From the NCBI GenBank assembly GCA_902617415.1, contig CACMWQ010000002.1:98884-162883 (forward strand): a stretch of 64,000 nt of DNA, given 5' to 3'. Position 1 is the first letter of the stretch. Every line of letters starts with the position of its first letter. Source of the DNA: an uncultured Pelagibacteraceae bacterium. Lineage in GTDB: Bacteria; Pseudomonadota; Alphaproteobacteria; Pelagibacterales; Pelagibacteraceae. This document shows positions 26,673 to 37,457 of the stretch, piece by piece. The translations under genes and the position numbers were made by a program. Under the pieces are notes generated by a model. It searched no databases, was not told the DNA's origin, and saw nothing but the letters and a program-made list of their open reading frames with translations.

Positions 26673-29600
26673 TTACTTAGTTTGGTCTATGAAGTCATAG
26701 ATACCCTTCTTCTGACCTGAAGGAAATTTACCTGTGGCTACACCAACTTTCTTAATTATATCTTTATTTATGTAAGCTTGATTAAGAGTTATATCTTTAT
26801 TAAATTTAGATACATATTTACTAGAAAACTGAATATTTAAGAAAGCTAGGTCTCTGCTTCTCTTTATTTCGTCATAAATCATTAAATGCTTACCACCAAA
26901 CTTATTGTTCTCATCTAATGTTATTCTGTCGTCAGCATCCTGGTATCTCTTACTTTTAATTAATCTCTCTAAATTCTTTCTTAATGATGATTTAGCAACT
27001 AAATCATTATATTCTTCATAAGCAGTTTTACCTGTCTTAGTATTAACAAATTGAGTTAGGTCTATACCTTTTTGTACTTTGTTTAGTTCAGGTATACTTA
27101 TTTCATTCTCAATCATTTCTTTTAAAACAATGTCATCCTTTTGTGATTTAACAGTAAATGGATTGAATAAATTATTAAATAGTCTAGCGGCATTACCTTG
27201 GCCTGACATGATTGGTTCACCTAATACATTGTATGATTTAGGTAAATCTCTATCACCCATTTTCTTTTGTATTGATTGTATGAAACCATCTGTGTCTCTT
27301 AGGAATGGGTCATTCATAACTTTTGATAAAATGTTAGGAACATAAGAACCAGCTTTATTCTCTAACCACCATAAACCTTTTTTATCTACAGCTTTACCAT
27401 CAAAAGAAGATACAAAGTCTACTAATCCTTTAAGATAAGTTTTAGATGCAATATTTTTAAATCCAGCTTTGTAAGTAGCAATTGCCATGTTAGACATTTT
27501 TTGTGGTAAATCTAAATCTTCTTCTGCACCTGTTTGTTGATTTACTAAAAATGATAATAAATTATTTTCTACTTTTAATCTGTCAGCTTCATTTAAATCA
27601 GGATAGATAGTTGTATAGTCAGCAACTAAACCTATTAACATACCTATTGGGTCTAATCTTCCATATTCAATGTAAGTATCTGTACCAGGTATTTTTATAG
27701 AATATGGTTGAAAACCTTGTGACTGTTGTTGCTTTCTAATATTTCTATCTGGATGGAAACCACCTGTTAATACACCAGTTAGATTTAACATAGATACAGT
27801 TCCTAATATTGCTGTACCAACTGCAACTCTACCTCTTACTTCTGCAATCTTTACAGCATTTCTTGATTTACCAGTAAAGTTATCCCAGTTCTTACCTACA
27901 ATTCCTAATGGTGTCATTTCTATTGCTTGTATTGCTAAGTTTGCAGGAGTTTTTACAAATGGTAAAATCTGTTTCATAATTGGAACTTCATTTGTAATTC
28001 TTTGTATATAACCTAGAACTCCATCTAGTTCTTTTGTAAATGTAACTTCTTTTGCATATCTTGATGCTTCTTTATCTAATGCAATTAAACCTGTTTCATC
28101 AAAACCAGCCGCATATCTTTTTGCAACTACTTCATCAAACTCAGATACTTTTGTACCATCAGGTAAAACTCTAACTATCTTATCTTGACTAGCACCTTTT
28201 TCTATTGCTTCTCTTGTTGCTATAGAACTTAATCTTGCTCTGTAAGATATTTGCTTAAAAAATTCATCCATAGCAGTTAATCCTCTTAAAGGTATTCTTA
28301 CTGCTCTAGCTAGTTTACTTGTACCTAATGCTTTTGTATTTGTGTCAAATTTTGTACTACCTGCAAATAAAATACTATCTTCATCATTAAATGCTTTCTT
28401 AGTAAATCTAAGTGCATCATGTAAATAACTTCTATATCCAGCAACAGTAGCGGCTATATCCTCTCCATGTTCTTTCATTTGAGCTTTAGTGAAATCATCC
28501 ATACCCCAGGTTAATTTACTTCCTACCCATGACTGAGCAGGTCTTAAGAACATATTATTAGCTGTAGATACTACGTTTATTATCTGTGTTTTAGGATTAG
28601 ATAATGCGGCTGACATCCATACTTCATTTGCTCTATTCCAAAATCTATTTCTAAATACAAAATCAACAATTCTAGTAAGCATATTCTTATCTTTAACCAT
28701 AGCTATACCTTCATAGAATGCTTTGAAATTTCCATTCCAACTATCCATGCCTCTAACCATGTTAAGAATTTGTTGGCTACCAAGGTCTACATTTTGGTCT
28801 TTTAATATTCCTCTTAAATTTAAACCTCTACCAAGATTAGATGCTACCTTGTCATCAAACCTCATAAGTCTCATTAATAAAGCTGTAGTAATTTTAGCTT
28901 CATTCTCTGTATATTCTTTAGTTCCTTTAGCTAAACTTACAGACATTTTATATAAAGCATCAGCCAAGTTTTGTTGTATTGATTGTGATGCATACATAAA
29001 TTTTAGACCTTCTTCTAATTTGTTTCCAAGTTGGCCTAACATTTTTGTAGTCTGTACTATGTCATAACCTTGTTTAGTTGCCTGTCTTTCTATTATTTCA
29101 GTAGACATAACATCAAACTTCTTCTCAGCATTGATTACTTTTCTAATAGAATTAAGAGCAATAATACCAAAATCTGTATCTGCGTATGCTCTTGGTGATA
29201 AACCTAAATCTAAACTTTCATCAATATCTCTCCAATTAAGTGTGCCATCTTTTGAACGTATAGATTTTTCTCCTGCTCTTACTCTTTCTAAATAACCACT
29301 AAAATTATCTGCAATTCTTTTACTTATTGTTTCATCACTTACAGTCTTTTTAATATCTGCTAATGTCTCCGATACTTTTCCTGACGTAGTTGCTTCTTCA
29401 GTTATGCTTTGAATTATTTTTTCTGTACTACCTCTACCTGAAGCAGTCATATTTTCTTCTGCTGACCTAACTAATTCATCTTGTATTTTAGCTAACTTAG
29501 CACTGTCTACTTTTTCACCAGCTAAAGCTTTTCTTTTTAATTTAATCCATTGACCCATTCCTGTTAATTGATTTTTTAGGAATGGAGCTGTAACTCTAAC

Positions 29601-30341
29601 TGTACCTTCTAATACATTTCCAAGTAATGCACCTTCAACTGCATTCTTAAATCTTGCTTCATAAAAACTTTCTTCTTTACCTTCTGATGATAGATACTCA
29701 AACAATGGATTTTGTAATGATGGAAACTGTGTGTTTACCATGTCCATAAATCTTCCTGTTTCTTCATCAAAAGCTACAAAGTCTGCAACTGCTCCTCTTG
29801 TTGTAGTCTTTGCTAATTGTGTAGAGACCTTTGCACCTTTCACTAATTGTAAAGGTTTTACTGGAGCTGTTAAATACCAACCAGATAAGAATTGAGATAT
29901 ACTTCTTGTAACTGCTCCTGTTGCTGTATCTGCTTCGTCTACATCAGGAAGTACATCTTCAAATGCACTATCACCAATTTTAGTTGGGTCTCCTGATACA
30001 GGTAATTTAATATTATTATTTATGACATCATCATAAGAATGGTACTGTATTATTCCATTAGATGCGTTGTCACCAAATGTAAAACCACCTACACCAGTCA
30101 ATCTTTTTGCATCCTGGCCAATACCTTCGATTAATCTTAATGCTGATTTACCTGCATCTACAACACCACCAACAGCTTGAGTAGGTATATCTAATAACAA
30201 ACCTCTTTTATCTTCTTCTTCTGTTTCTTCAGGTTTTGTTTCTTGTGTAGCCTGAGTTTCATTTAAAGTTTTAAAATATTCGTCTATTTGTGCTTGAGTG
30301 AAACTATCAGGAAACGTAATTCCATTTACTACTTGTGCCAT
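26673..30341 (-). CDS. Internal virion/ejection protein, gp16-like by size and position
   Basis: 1222 aa. It is the largest gene, directly upstream of the tail fibre as in T7 (gp16). No catalytic motif recognised. Confidence 0.55.
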   Translation of the reverse strand: MAQVVNGITFPDSFTQAQIDEYFKTLNETQATQETKPEETEEEDKRGLLLDIPTQAVGGVVDAGKSALRLIEGIGQDAKRLTGVGGFTFGDNASNGIIQYHSYDDVINNNIKLPVSGDPTKIGDSAFEDVLPDVDEADTATGAVTRSISQFLSGWYLTAPVKPLQLVKGAKVSTQLAKTTTRGAVADFVAFDEETGRFMDMVNTQFPSLQNPLFEYLSSEGKEESFYEARFKNAVEGALLGNVLEGTVRVTAPFLKNQLTGMGQWIKLKRKALAGEKVDSAKLAKIQDELVRSAEENMTASGRGSTEKIIQSITEEATTSGKVSETLADIKKTVSDETISKRIADNFSGYLERVRAGEKSIRSKDGTLNWRDIDESLDLGLSPRAYADTDFGIIALNSIRKVINAEKKFDVMSTEIIERQATKQGYDIVQTTKMLGQLGNKLEEGLKFMYASQSIQQNLADALYKMSVSLAKGTKEYTENEAKITTALLMRLMRFDDKVASNLGRGLNLRGILKDQNVDLGSQQILNMVRGMDSWNGNFKAFYEGIAMVKDKNMLTRIVDFVFRNRFWNRANEVWMSAALSNPKTQIINVVSTANNMFLRPAQSWVGSKLTWGMDDFTKAQMKEHGEDIAATVAGYRSYLHDALRFTKKAFNDEDSILFAGSTKFDTNTKALGTSKLARAVRIPLRGLTAMDEFFKQISYRARLSSIATREAIEKGASQDKIVRVLPDGTKVSEFDEVVAKRYAAGFDETGLIALDKEASRYAKEVTFTKELDGVLGYIQRITNEVPIMKQILPFVKTPANLAIQAIEMTPLGIVGKNWDNFTGKSRNAVKIAEVRGRVAVGTAILGTVSMLNLTGVLTGGFHPDRNIRKQQQSQGFQPYSIKIPGTDTYIEYGRLDPIGMLIGLVADYTTIYPDLNEADRLKVENNLLSFLVNQQTGAEEDLDLPQKMSNMAIATYKAGFKNIASKTYLKGLVDFVSSFDGKAVDKKGLWWLENKAGSYVPNILSKVMNDPFLRDTDGFIQSIQKKMGDRDLPKSYNVLGEPIMSGQGNAARLFNNLFNPFTVKSQKDDIVLKEMIENEISIPELNKVQKGIDLTQFVNTKTGKTAYEEYNDLVAKSSLRKNLERLIKSKRYQDADDRITLDENNKFGGKHLMIYDEIKRSRDLAFLNIQFSSKYVSKFNKDITLNQAYINKDIIKKVGVATGKFPSGQKKGIYDFIDQTK

Positions 30342-31978
30342 TATTGTCTTCTATCCTCTATAAATATTCCAAATGTTTTTGATATGTCTTTACCGATTGT
30401 GTCGTATACAGACTGAATAAATAAACTATCAGCCAATATATCTCCCATTAATAATTTAACCTGACCATTAAATGCTTTTTGATACTCATAAGGTTTACCT
30501 TCAAATTTAACATCATTAACATTTTCTTTATGCCAAGCTATCATGTCTTCTTCAAATTTATTTCTAAGTAAAGCTGACTCTAATTTAAATCCAGGAATAG
30601 ATGTTATCTCCTGTGAACTAAACATTTTTTGATATTGTTGATATGGTGTACTTAAAATAAAAAACTCATTCTTTTTAGATATTTGTTTTCTATTTGTAGA
30701 ATTAAAATAAAATTTAAAATCTGCATTACTTAACTGGCCATCCCTACTTAACTCTAAAGCTTTTTGTTTTACTAAATAAGGATTAGTTTCTTCTAAATTA
30801 GTTAAAATTTCTAATGCATCAATACTACTTGTTGTAACTTGTAATGTTTTATCAAGAGCAATTTTTAAACCTTGTATGTAGGCTTTATCTTTATTTGAAA
30901 ATCTATTAATTGTGTTACCATTTTCTGTTTCTACTGTTTCATCTAAAAATTTAGATAAATCAAAATCTGCTTTATTATATTCTACAAAAAATGCCTGACC
31001 TAATTCTTGCTTTTTAATATCTTCTTCAACTGTAAATCTTTTCTTTTGACCTTCTAAGAATGCTAATTCTTTTGCATTAAGTTCATTTCTTAATTCTGCA
31101 ACTATAGCGGCATTTCTATTTTTACCTTCTTTACCTGTAAAATATCCTGTGCCTAATTTTAAGTTAGGCATGTCATCTAAAACTTGTCTAGCATAATCAT
31201 AACCATCAGCATCATTAATAGAATTTAAATATCTTTTGAAACCAACTAAAAATAAATCATTAGACTTTTGACCTGATACTCCTAAGTCCATCATAGATTT
31301 AGTTTCATCTTTTATTTTAGTAAACAATGCTGATGTATCTAAACCATCAGATTGAGCTTCAATAAACATACCTTGATAATTTTTAATCTGTCCATCTTCA
31401 GTTTGTTTTTTAATAAACGACATCCTAGCGGCATTATGTTGTTGTTCTCTTTCGTCTCTAAATGAAGAAGTTACATTAAAAAAACTATTACTTAGTGCTA
31501 CTGGGTCGTATCTATCTAAACCTTCTTTTTCATAGAAAGCTTTTATTTGTGTCTCGTAAGCTTCATTCCATGCATCACCATCTAAAGATTGAGAAAGTGT
31601 ATTGTTTATTTCATAGTCTTGAAACTCTGCTTTAAATTTTCTTGCTTTTTGCGTTAAATCTAAAGACATCATTTTATTAAAATAATATGGATTAGCACCT
31701 TCAGGTATCTCACCATTCTTAACTAATTGAGCAAAAGCCTTTTTATTTTTAAAAAAGTCTTCCATTGCTCTAGCTTCTTCTTTTTCTTTATCTTTAATAT
31801 CTTCTGTTATTGCGTAGTTTGTTAGTGATGGAACCAAGCTTTGTAATGATTTAGATAATTGAACTAATCCCTGGCTTACATTTTGTCTGTCAGGTTTATA
31901 GAATAAGTTATAATCAACACTATCTACAACTCTTTCAGGCATTGTGCTAAATTCAAAGTTTGGGTCTTTTGATGCCAT
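30341..31978 (-). CDS. Internal virion protein, gp15-like by position
   Basis: 545 aa with 1-nt overlaps on both sides. Assignment is by synteny only. Confidence 0.5.
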   Translation of the reverse strand: MASKDPNFEFSTMPERVVDSVDYNLFYKPDRQNVSQGLVQLSKSLQSLVPSLTNYAITEDIKDKEKEEARAMEDFFKNKKAFAQLVKNGEIPEGANPYYFNKMMSLDLTQKARKFKAEFQDYEINNTLSQSLDGDAWNEAYETQIKAFYEKEGLDRYDPVALSNSFFNVTSSFRDEREQQHNAARMSFIKKQTEDGQIKNYQGMFIEAQSDGLDTSALFTKIKDETKSMMDLGVSGQKSNDLFLVGFKRYLNSINDADGYDYARQVLDDMPNLKLGTGYFTGKEGKNRNAAIVAELRNELNAKELAFLEGQKKRFTVEEDIKKQELGQAFFVEYNKADFDLSKFLDETVETENGNTINRFSNKDKAYIQGLKIALDKTLQVTTSSIDALEILTNLEETNPYLVKQKALELSRDGQLSNADFKFYFNSTNRKQISKKNEFFILSTPYQQYQKMFSSQEITSIPGFKLESALLRNKFEEDMIAWHKENVNDVKFEGKPYEYQKAFNGQVKLLMGDILADSLFIQSVYDTIGKDISKTFGIFIEDRRQ

Positions 31979-32544
31979 TATAATGTATCTCCTTCATCAA
32001 ATTGTGCGTAATCATCATAAGATAATTTTTCACTATTAACGCCATACCTATTAGCTTTTGCTTTGTAATCGTAATAAGCTTTTCCAAAACCAATTGCTGA
32101 ATTAAAGAAATTCATTTTTCTATCTACTGGAGTTATGTAAGTACTTTGACCTTCATAACGTAAATCTACAGCTTTCATGTCTCGTAGATATTGAAACTTA
32201 CTACTTTCTATATTTCCAAGTACTCTGTTTCTGTATCCTGCTTCTGTATCGTAGTAATTAGCTAATAAGAAATCATAAGTGTTACCAGTTACGTTTTCTC
32301 TATTAACTTTAAATGTTGCTCTTTTTCTTCTTGAAATCTTTTCTGCTTCACCAATTTTTTCTAATCTTCCTTTTGTCTTTTGTATTAGTCCTCTTGTTTT
32401 AGAAACTATTGCTAGTTCCCTATTACGCATAGCTATTTCATTTTGTCTTTTTTGTTGTTCTTGTATGGCCTTCTGCTGTGCATTAGCAACTTGAAATTGC
32501 AATGCCGCAGACGCACCAGCGATAGCTAATTGTGGATTACACAT
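31978..32544 (-). CDS. Internal virion protein, gp14-like by size and position
   Basis: 188 aa. Assignment is by synteny only. Confidence 0.45.
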   Translation of the reverse strand: MCNPQLAIAGASAALQFQVANAQQKAIQEQQKRQNEIAMRNRELAIVSKTRGLIQKTKGRLEKIGEAEKISRRKRATFKVNRENVTGNTYDFLLANYYDTEAGYRNRVLGNIESSKFQYLRDMKAVDLRYEGQSTYITPVDRKMNFFNSAIGFGKAYYDYKAKANRYGVNSEKLSYDDYAQFDEGDTL

Positions 32545-33026
32545 TATATTTTAACAAACTCGTAAAATTTTCTATTTTCTACTCCATAGGTAACTTCGTT
32601 GATGATAGTAAAACCCATCCACTTCAACCAATTAACATGGAGTGTATTTCTTTTATCTACATAGTTATGTAGAATTTGGTGTTTATCTTTTAGTACCTCA
32701 CATACATCTTTTGAATTTCTTAAAAATGATAAACTAATTTTCTTTAAATCATTTGTACCTACCATCCATATAGAACCTATAAGTCCATTAGGTACAACTC
32801 CAAGCATAGCAACTGGTTTACTTTCAGCATCACATATTACTAAAGGTACACTACTTATTTTGTGTCCTATTAATAAAGATAGTAATGGTGGTAAGTTACC
32901 TGTAACTGCTTTTATTTCTTGAATATCTTCTTTTCTTAAATGTTCAGATAAATAAATACAGTCTACTTCGCTAGCTAATCTAAGATGAGGAAGCTTGCGA
33001 TACATAGTATCCTTCCCATTCAGCAT
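32544..33026 (-). CDS. gp13-like small virion-assembly protein (start uncertain; overlaps the end of the gp12-like gene)
   Basis: 160 aa. Assignment rests on position after tail tubular B. Confidence 0.4.
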   Translation of the reverse strand: MLNGKDTMYRKLPHLRLASEVDCIYLSEHLRKEDIQEIKAVTGNLPPLLSLLIGHKISSVPLVICDAESKPVAMLGVVPNGLIGSIWMVGTNDLKKISLSFLRNSKDVCEVLKDKHQILHNYVDKRNTLHVNWLKWMGFTIINEVTYGVENRKFYEFVKI

Positions 33027-35352
33027 TTACAAAGTTAGATGGTAAGTGACTATTATTAGTTAAACTTATTGTTAAGTTTTCATTTCTACTTTGCACTGCA
33101 AATGTAAAATCTCCATCTTCCAGGTTTACTGTACCTGCAAGTCCAGTACCAACAATTGTACCTGTAAATGTTGCATTAGATGTAGACCTAGCAACAGGTG
33201 TAACTGCTGACTGAAAAAATCCTGTATCATTAAATGAAACAGTCCAGTTTCTTATCTGTAACCTACCCTCTCTTATTCTAGTTCTTGAGCCACCTTCGTT
33301 TTGACCTAGTGCCAAGAACTGCTGTGAGAAGGTATATAAAAAGGTATATTGTTCACCAATAAAGTAATTAAATGCAGTTATATCTCCTGATACTGTAATT
33401 GATGTACCTGATTGAGAAGCAATAGTTATATCTCTACCTGCTTTATTACTAGCACCAGACCTACCTACAAGCTTCATAGTGCTGTCAATTGTATAAGGTA
33501 AAGTGATGGTAGTTAAATTAGTAGCACTGCTATAGCTTTCAGTGACCTGTGTATTGTCCAACTTTCTATCTAAATAAGTAAGATAAGTTGCACCACTGTC
33601 TACTGCGGCTGGAGCACAGTCCATTGTTTCTATATAAACACCATCACTTCTTTGGACTACTAGGTATAAAGTAGTTCCAATAAAATCTACATTTAAGACT
33701 GTAGTGTTAGCACTGTTACCTATTTTCCATTTATGCCAAGCACTTTGCAATCTTCTACTTTGTGCAAAGAACCATTGATAAATATATAAATTATTTTTCT
33801 CTCCAGTCTTTTTACTTAATACAACTAAAATATTTTCATTAGATGCATTAGCAAATTTAAAAACTTCTGATGGAATATATTTAGGAATATTAGCAGTAAT
33901 ATCTTCACCTTGGTTTGTTTCACCATCAGCTTCTACATACATTTCTCTTACACCAGTAAACTGTCCTTTGTTAAAACCAAAGAATACATTGTTACCTGAA
34001 CCTACAGGACTTACTGTATCTAAGGTTTCATATTCTGTAGTTACGTTTACTGATGTGTTACTAGGTGTTAGGTTTGTACCACCAGTTAAAATAAATTGTG
34101 TTTGGTCAGAAAATAATAAAAGTTTTTCATCAAAAGATATTGCGTGTTTTAATATAGATACTTTTGTATGAGCTACGTTTATATCTATTGGGTCTGTATC
34201 TAATGCATCTGTTACTGTTTCATTAAAAAACTCAAATGTTTCTCCAGACCTAGACATAATAACATTTTCATCTGACAAAAATCCTAATCTATTTCTATGA
34301 AAAAATATGTCTCTGATTTTTCTATCTACAAAACTAGGATTAGGTGAACTATCTAAATCACCTACGTCTCTTTTTCCATACGCAGGAACATCAAAGCTTG
34401 TACTTGATATAGTATAAGTAGACCCATCTACCTGTGTAAAACGAAAATTACCATCTGCTGTTCTTATGAGAACATGAGGCATGGTATCAGCATCTAGTGT
34501 TGTTGTAATACCAGGAGCAACTGTTTCTTCCCATACTTTTGTAGAAGAAGAATATTTTACATAATAATTATCAAAGCTGTTAGAAGCATCACCTTTAACC
34601 TCAACAACCATATTATTGATACCATCTTTAGGTAAATCAGAAAAGTTTTGTACTTCATCTTTTATTACCTGTGAAGCTTGATTACCAAATCCATCTGATG
34701 CAGATACAGTAAGTGTACCTGTAGATTTAATTATAGAAAAACTACTATCACCAATATTTGCTAATGTAATATTAGATGGTGAACCAATAGCACTTTTTAA
34801 TCCATCCCTAATACTTTTTGTGTTTGTATTAGATGATGTAAAAGTCGTAGTAGTTCCATCTATTGTTATTGAATATGGTGTATTATTAACACCTTGATTT
34901 ACAGTATAAACAGCCTGTTGTACTGCGGCTGGACTTGTAGTCGAAGCCATAGCAACAGTCTTTGTTTTATTAACTATAAATGTAAAATCATTAACAGTTA
35001 GACATTTAAAATCATTTTGAGGATTTGTAGAGGCTAAATAATTTGTAGCATTAGTAGCGTTTACAACTGTTTTAGAAACTCCATTAACAGTATTAACAGC
35101 AATACTACCATTAGTAATAACCACAACGTATCGTTCATTTACATCTCTATTGATTGTATGAATAAATGCATTGCCTAATGCAGAACTAGAAATCTTTGCT
35201 ACATGATTAGTAGGTGGTCTTTTTTTCAGACCTTCGACAACACCAGAAAAACCATTCTCTTGTTCTGAGCCTTGGTTTTGTAATCTCAATACTTCTGGTT
35301 GTTGTGAGACACCACCAATTAAGTTTGGTATACTTCTAGTTATTAAAGGCAT
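32980..35352 (-). CDS. Tail tubular protein B (T7 gp12-like)
   Basis: 790 aa. The N-terminus PNLIGGVSQQPEVLRLQNQ resembles the conserved gp12 start. Synteny supports the call. Confidence 0.8.
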   Translation of the reverse strand: MPLITRSIPNLIGGVSQQPEVLRLQNQGSEQENGFSGVVEGLKKRPPTNHVAKISSSALGNAFIHTINRDVNERYVVVITNGSIAVNTVNGVSKTVVNATNATNYLASTNPQNDFKCLTVNDFTFIVNKTKTVAMASTTSPAAVQQAVYTVNQGVNNTPYSITIDGTTTTFTSSNTNTKSIRDGLKSAIGSPSNITLANIGDSSFSIIKSTGTLTVSASDGFGNQASQVIKDEVQNFSDLPKDGINNMVVEVKGDASNSFDNYYVKYSSSTKVWEETVAPGITTTLDADTMPHVLIRTADGNFRFTQVDGSTYTISSTSFDVPAYGKRDVGDLDSSPNPSFVDRKIRDIFFHRNRLGFLSDENVIMSRSGETFEFFNETVTDALDTDPIDINVAHTKVSILKHAISFDEKLLLFSDQTQFILTGGTNLTPSNTSVNVTTEYETLDTVSPVGSGNNVFFGFNKGQFTGVREMYVEADGETNQGEDITANIPKYIPSEVFKFANASNENILVVLSKKTGEKNNLYIYQWFFAQSRRLQSAWHKWKIGNSANTTVLNVDFIGTTLYLVVQRSDGVYIETMDCAPAAVDSGATYLTYLDRKLDNTQVTESYSSATNLTTITLPYTIDSTMKLVGRSGASNKAGRDITIASQSGTSITVSGDITAFNYFIGEQYTFLYTFSQQFLALGQNEGGSRTRIREGRLQIRNWTVSFNDTGFFQSAVTPVARSTSNATFTGTIVGTGLAGTVNLEDGDFTFAVQSRNENLTISLTNNSHLPSNFVNAEWEGYYVSQASSS

Positions 35353-35353
35353 C

Positions 35354-35455
35354 TTACATATTTACTGCACAAATAATTATTATACCGACTACAACTATCA
35401 TTTCGACTTTGTGGTCAGTCCAATAATGCATGAATTTATCTTTTATAAATTTCAT
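35354..35455 (-). CDS. Possible 33-aa membrane micro-protein (MKFIKDKFMHYWTDHKVEMIVVVGIIIICAVNM)
   Basis: GGAGG (35464-35460) lies 4 nt upstream of ATG 35455. The C-terminus is hydrophobic. The stop lies 1 nt before the gp12-like ATG. It is too short for the ORF track. Confidence 0.4.
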   Translation of the reverse strand: MKFIKDKFMHYWTDHKVEMIVVVGIIIICAVNM

Positions 35456-35464
35456 AGTTCCTCC

Positions 35465-36082
35465 TTAATCAATTATTTTATAAGACCTATTTCTAGTTAC
35501 AGTGTTGTATTGGTCGTAACTATTAAATATAGAATGGTCTGCTACTGAAGCTTCTGATTGTTTTAATATACTCAAAGCAACAAGTTCATCTTGTCTGCTA
35601 AATCTATGCAAAGCATTAGCTCCTAGAGTTCTGTCATGGAATATTCTTGATGCTCTTATAGTTATATATCTTCTTGCTTGCTCTGGTATTTGTTCAAAAT
35701 CTAATAAGTGAACTATCTGTACGTTCTCAAAGTTTTTATCAAAAATAAAACTTTCTTTTGCTAAGTTATATAAAAAGGAACCTCTTATTACTGGGTCATT
35801 AGATGATTTACTTTCTAATAAAGGATTTAATTCTATATGCATTACATCATTTGCAACTGGAATTTTGTTATTAGTATCTCTTGATAATGTTGCTTTGTAA
35901 GATGTATTAAATTTCCAACCACCTGATTGTACTTCTCTATTTACTTCATCTAAAATATTTTTTGCCATTGATGCATCAGTAGGTAAAGAACCAGTTAAAG
36001 AATTGACTGGACTTTCTCCGATAGTCGAAAGCATTGTATTTATTGCTTCGAGGTGAGTTGTTCTTGTAGTTATTGTAGCCAT
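35465..36082 (-). CDS. Tail tubular protein A (T7 gp11-like)
   Basis: 205 aa. INTMLSTIGESPVNSL resembles the gp11 N-terminal block. Synteny places it between capsid and gp12. Confidence 0.8.
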   Translation of the reverse strand: MATITTRTTHLEAINTMLSTIGESPVNSLTGSLPTDASMAKNILDEVNREVQSGGWKFNTSYKATLSRDTNNKIPVANDVMHIELNPLLESKSSNDPVIRGSFLYNLAKESFIFDKNFENVQIVHLLDFEQIPEQARRYITIRASRIFHDRTLGANALHRFSRQDELVALSILKQSEASVADHSIFNSYDQYNTVTRNRSYKIID

Positions 36083-36096
36083 AATAATTTTGTGTT

Positions 36097-36128
36097 GTGT
36101 GCACGCCCAGTAAATACCAGGCGTACAC
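36097..36128 (-). terminator. GC-rich hairpin immediately after the major capsid gene (T-phi-like position)
   Basis: GTG.ACGCC (36099-36107) pairs with GGCGT.CAC (36120-36128), with a 12-nt loop and one internal mismatch. No clear U-run follows. Confidence 0.3.
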
Positions 36129-36143
36129 TTCTCGTTTTAAGTC

Positions 36144-37088
36144 TTACGATTTCTTGATTTCGCAAGCACTCTCTGGTCTTAAAATGCCATGTCCTAATGC
36201 CATTTTAGCAACCATTAAGTTACCTTGTCTTCTGATGTCGTATTCACTCTCCATGCCTAAATCCATAAGCTTGACAGTGCCGATAGCAGATTTGTGGAAC
36301 ACAGTAGCAACTGTAGTACTAAAGTTACCATGATAAGTATTATTAGTACCTGATGTCTGTGAAATATTTGCAAAAGCCGCAACTGCTGTATTAGCTTTTA
36401 CTATATTAATACCTGCAACTTTGATTACAGTTCCATCACTGAATACACCATTTTGTCCACCGAAATCCCTGTTAAGAATTTTATCATTCTGAACAAGTTT
36501 GTAGTAAACTGCTGGTTTAACAATGCAGAACCTATCTGTTGAAGGTACATCCTTTTCATCAAGATTTTGAGCACAAGAGAAGATACTCTCAATTAATGAA
36601 GCCGCATTTGTATCTGCGTCTGCATCTGTGACTACAAAACCACCATTTCCTCCAGTAATTGTAGCTGATGCTCTAGCCGCTAACACTGATAATTGAAGTA
36701 GATTTTGGTCTACTGTGTTAGCTAATGCTCTACCCATTTCTGATGTATATGTACTTCTTACATCATAGTGGTTTTTAGCTTCATCTAAATTACTTAAGAA
36801 TGCTGATGATAATAACAAGTCATCTATATTGATTGTTTTCTCTGCATGCTTAATCGAACTTCCTGTGATTTCATTTCCTGGTGTATGATAACCACTTGTT
36901 GTAGTACCAATCACTGGGAACTGTGCAGACTTACCAGAAGCGATTTGTCTAACGCTAGTCATTCCTAGCATTTGATTTTCTCTTTGGAAAGTTGCTAATA
37001 CTTCTCCTGAAAATACTTTCAGAAAGAGTGCATTAACGTCACCTGAAGTGTTTACTTGACCTAAACGAGAGACTGTAGCGTTTGCCAT
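36144..37088 (-). CDS. Major capsid protein (T7 gp10-like)
   Basis: ALFLKVFSGEVLATFQRENQ...VRQIASGKSAQFPVIGTT closely parallels T7 gp10A (ALFLKVFGGEVLTAF...SISSGKSAQFPVLGRT). I trimmed the start to ATG 37088 (MANATVSRLGQ), which has GGAGAG 7 nt upstream. Confidence 0.93.
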   Translation of the reverse strand: MANATVSRLGQVNTSGDVNALFLKVFSGEVLATFQRENQMLGMTSVRQIASGKSAQFPVIGTTTSGYHTPGNEITGSSIKHAEKTINIDDLLLSSAFLSNLDEAKNHYDVRSTYTSEMGRALANTVDQNLLQLSVLAARASATITGGNGGFVVTDADADTNAASLIESIFSCAQNLDEKDVPSTDRFCIVKPAVYYKLVQNDKILNRDFGGQNGVFSDGTVIKVAGINIVKANTAVAAFANISQTSGTNNTYHGNFSTTVATVFHKSAIGTVKLMDLGMESEYDIRRQGNLMVAKMALGHGILRPESACEIKKS

Positions 37089-37193
37089 AGTTATCTCTCC
37101 TATTAGATTGTTAATACCAACACATACATCAATCGTTATCTGTTTCGTTATTACTCGCAAGTATAACTAACAGGCAATATATCTTTGTGAAGG

Positions 37194-37222
37194 CTCACAC
37201 CTCTTAATGAAGTGTGTGTGAG
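37194..37222 (-). promoter_or_regulatory. Hairpin CTCACAC(15 nt)GTGTGAG between the 77-aa basic gene and the capsid gene (possible RNA processing/stability element)
   Basis: Perfect 7-bp stem starting 1 nt after the stop at 37224. No U-run follows. Confidence 0.25.
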
Positions 37223-37223
37223 T

Positions 37224-37457
37224 TTAGCAATTCCAAGCTCGTAGTGCTTTATTAATTCTACTGTTTGGGTCTCTTGCTGTTTTTGCTGAAGTAAGTTTCT
37301 TCTTCATGCCCTTCATTCTAGCACAGAATGAGGCACGTCTTTTGTTACCTACTTTTTTACTAGGTGCTTTTAGATTAGCACCAGTCTTTCTTTTAAAATA
37401 TCTTCTTCCAGCCGCATTCAATCCACCTGATGGATTTTGATACTTTTTAGCTACCAT
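37224..37457 (-). CDS. Small highly basic protein (77 aa)
   Basis: Lys/Arg-rich (GRRYFKRKTGANLKAPSKKVGNKRRASFCARMKGMKKK). Its ATG overlaps the upstream stop. Confidence 0.55.
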   Translation of the reverse strand: MVAKKYQNPSGGLNAAGRRYFKRKTGANLKAPSKKVGNKRRASFCARMKGMKKKLTSAKTARDPNSRINKALRAWNC

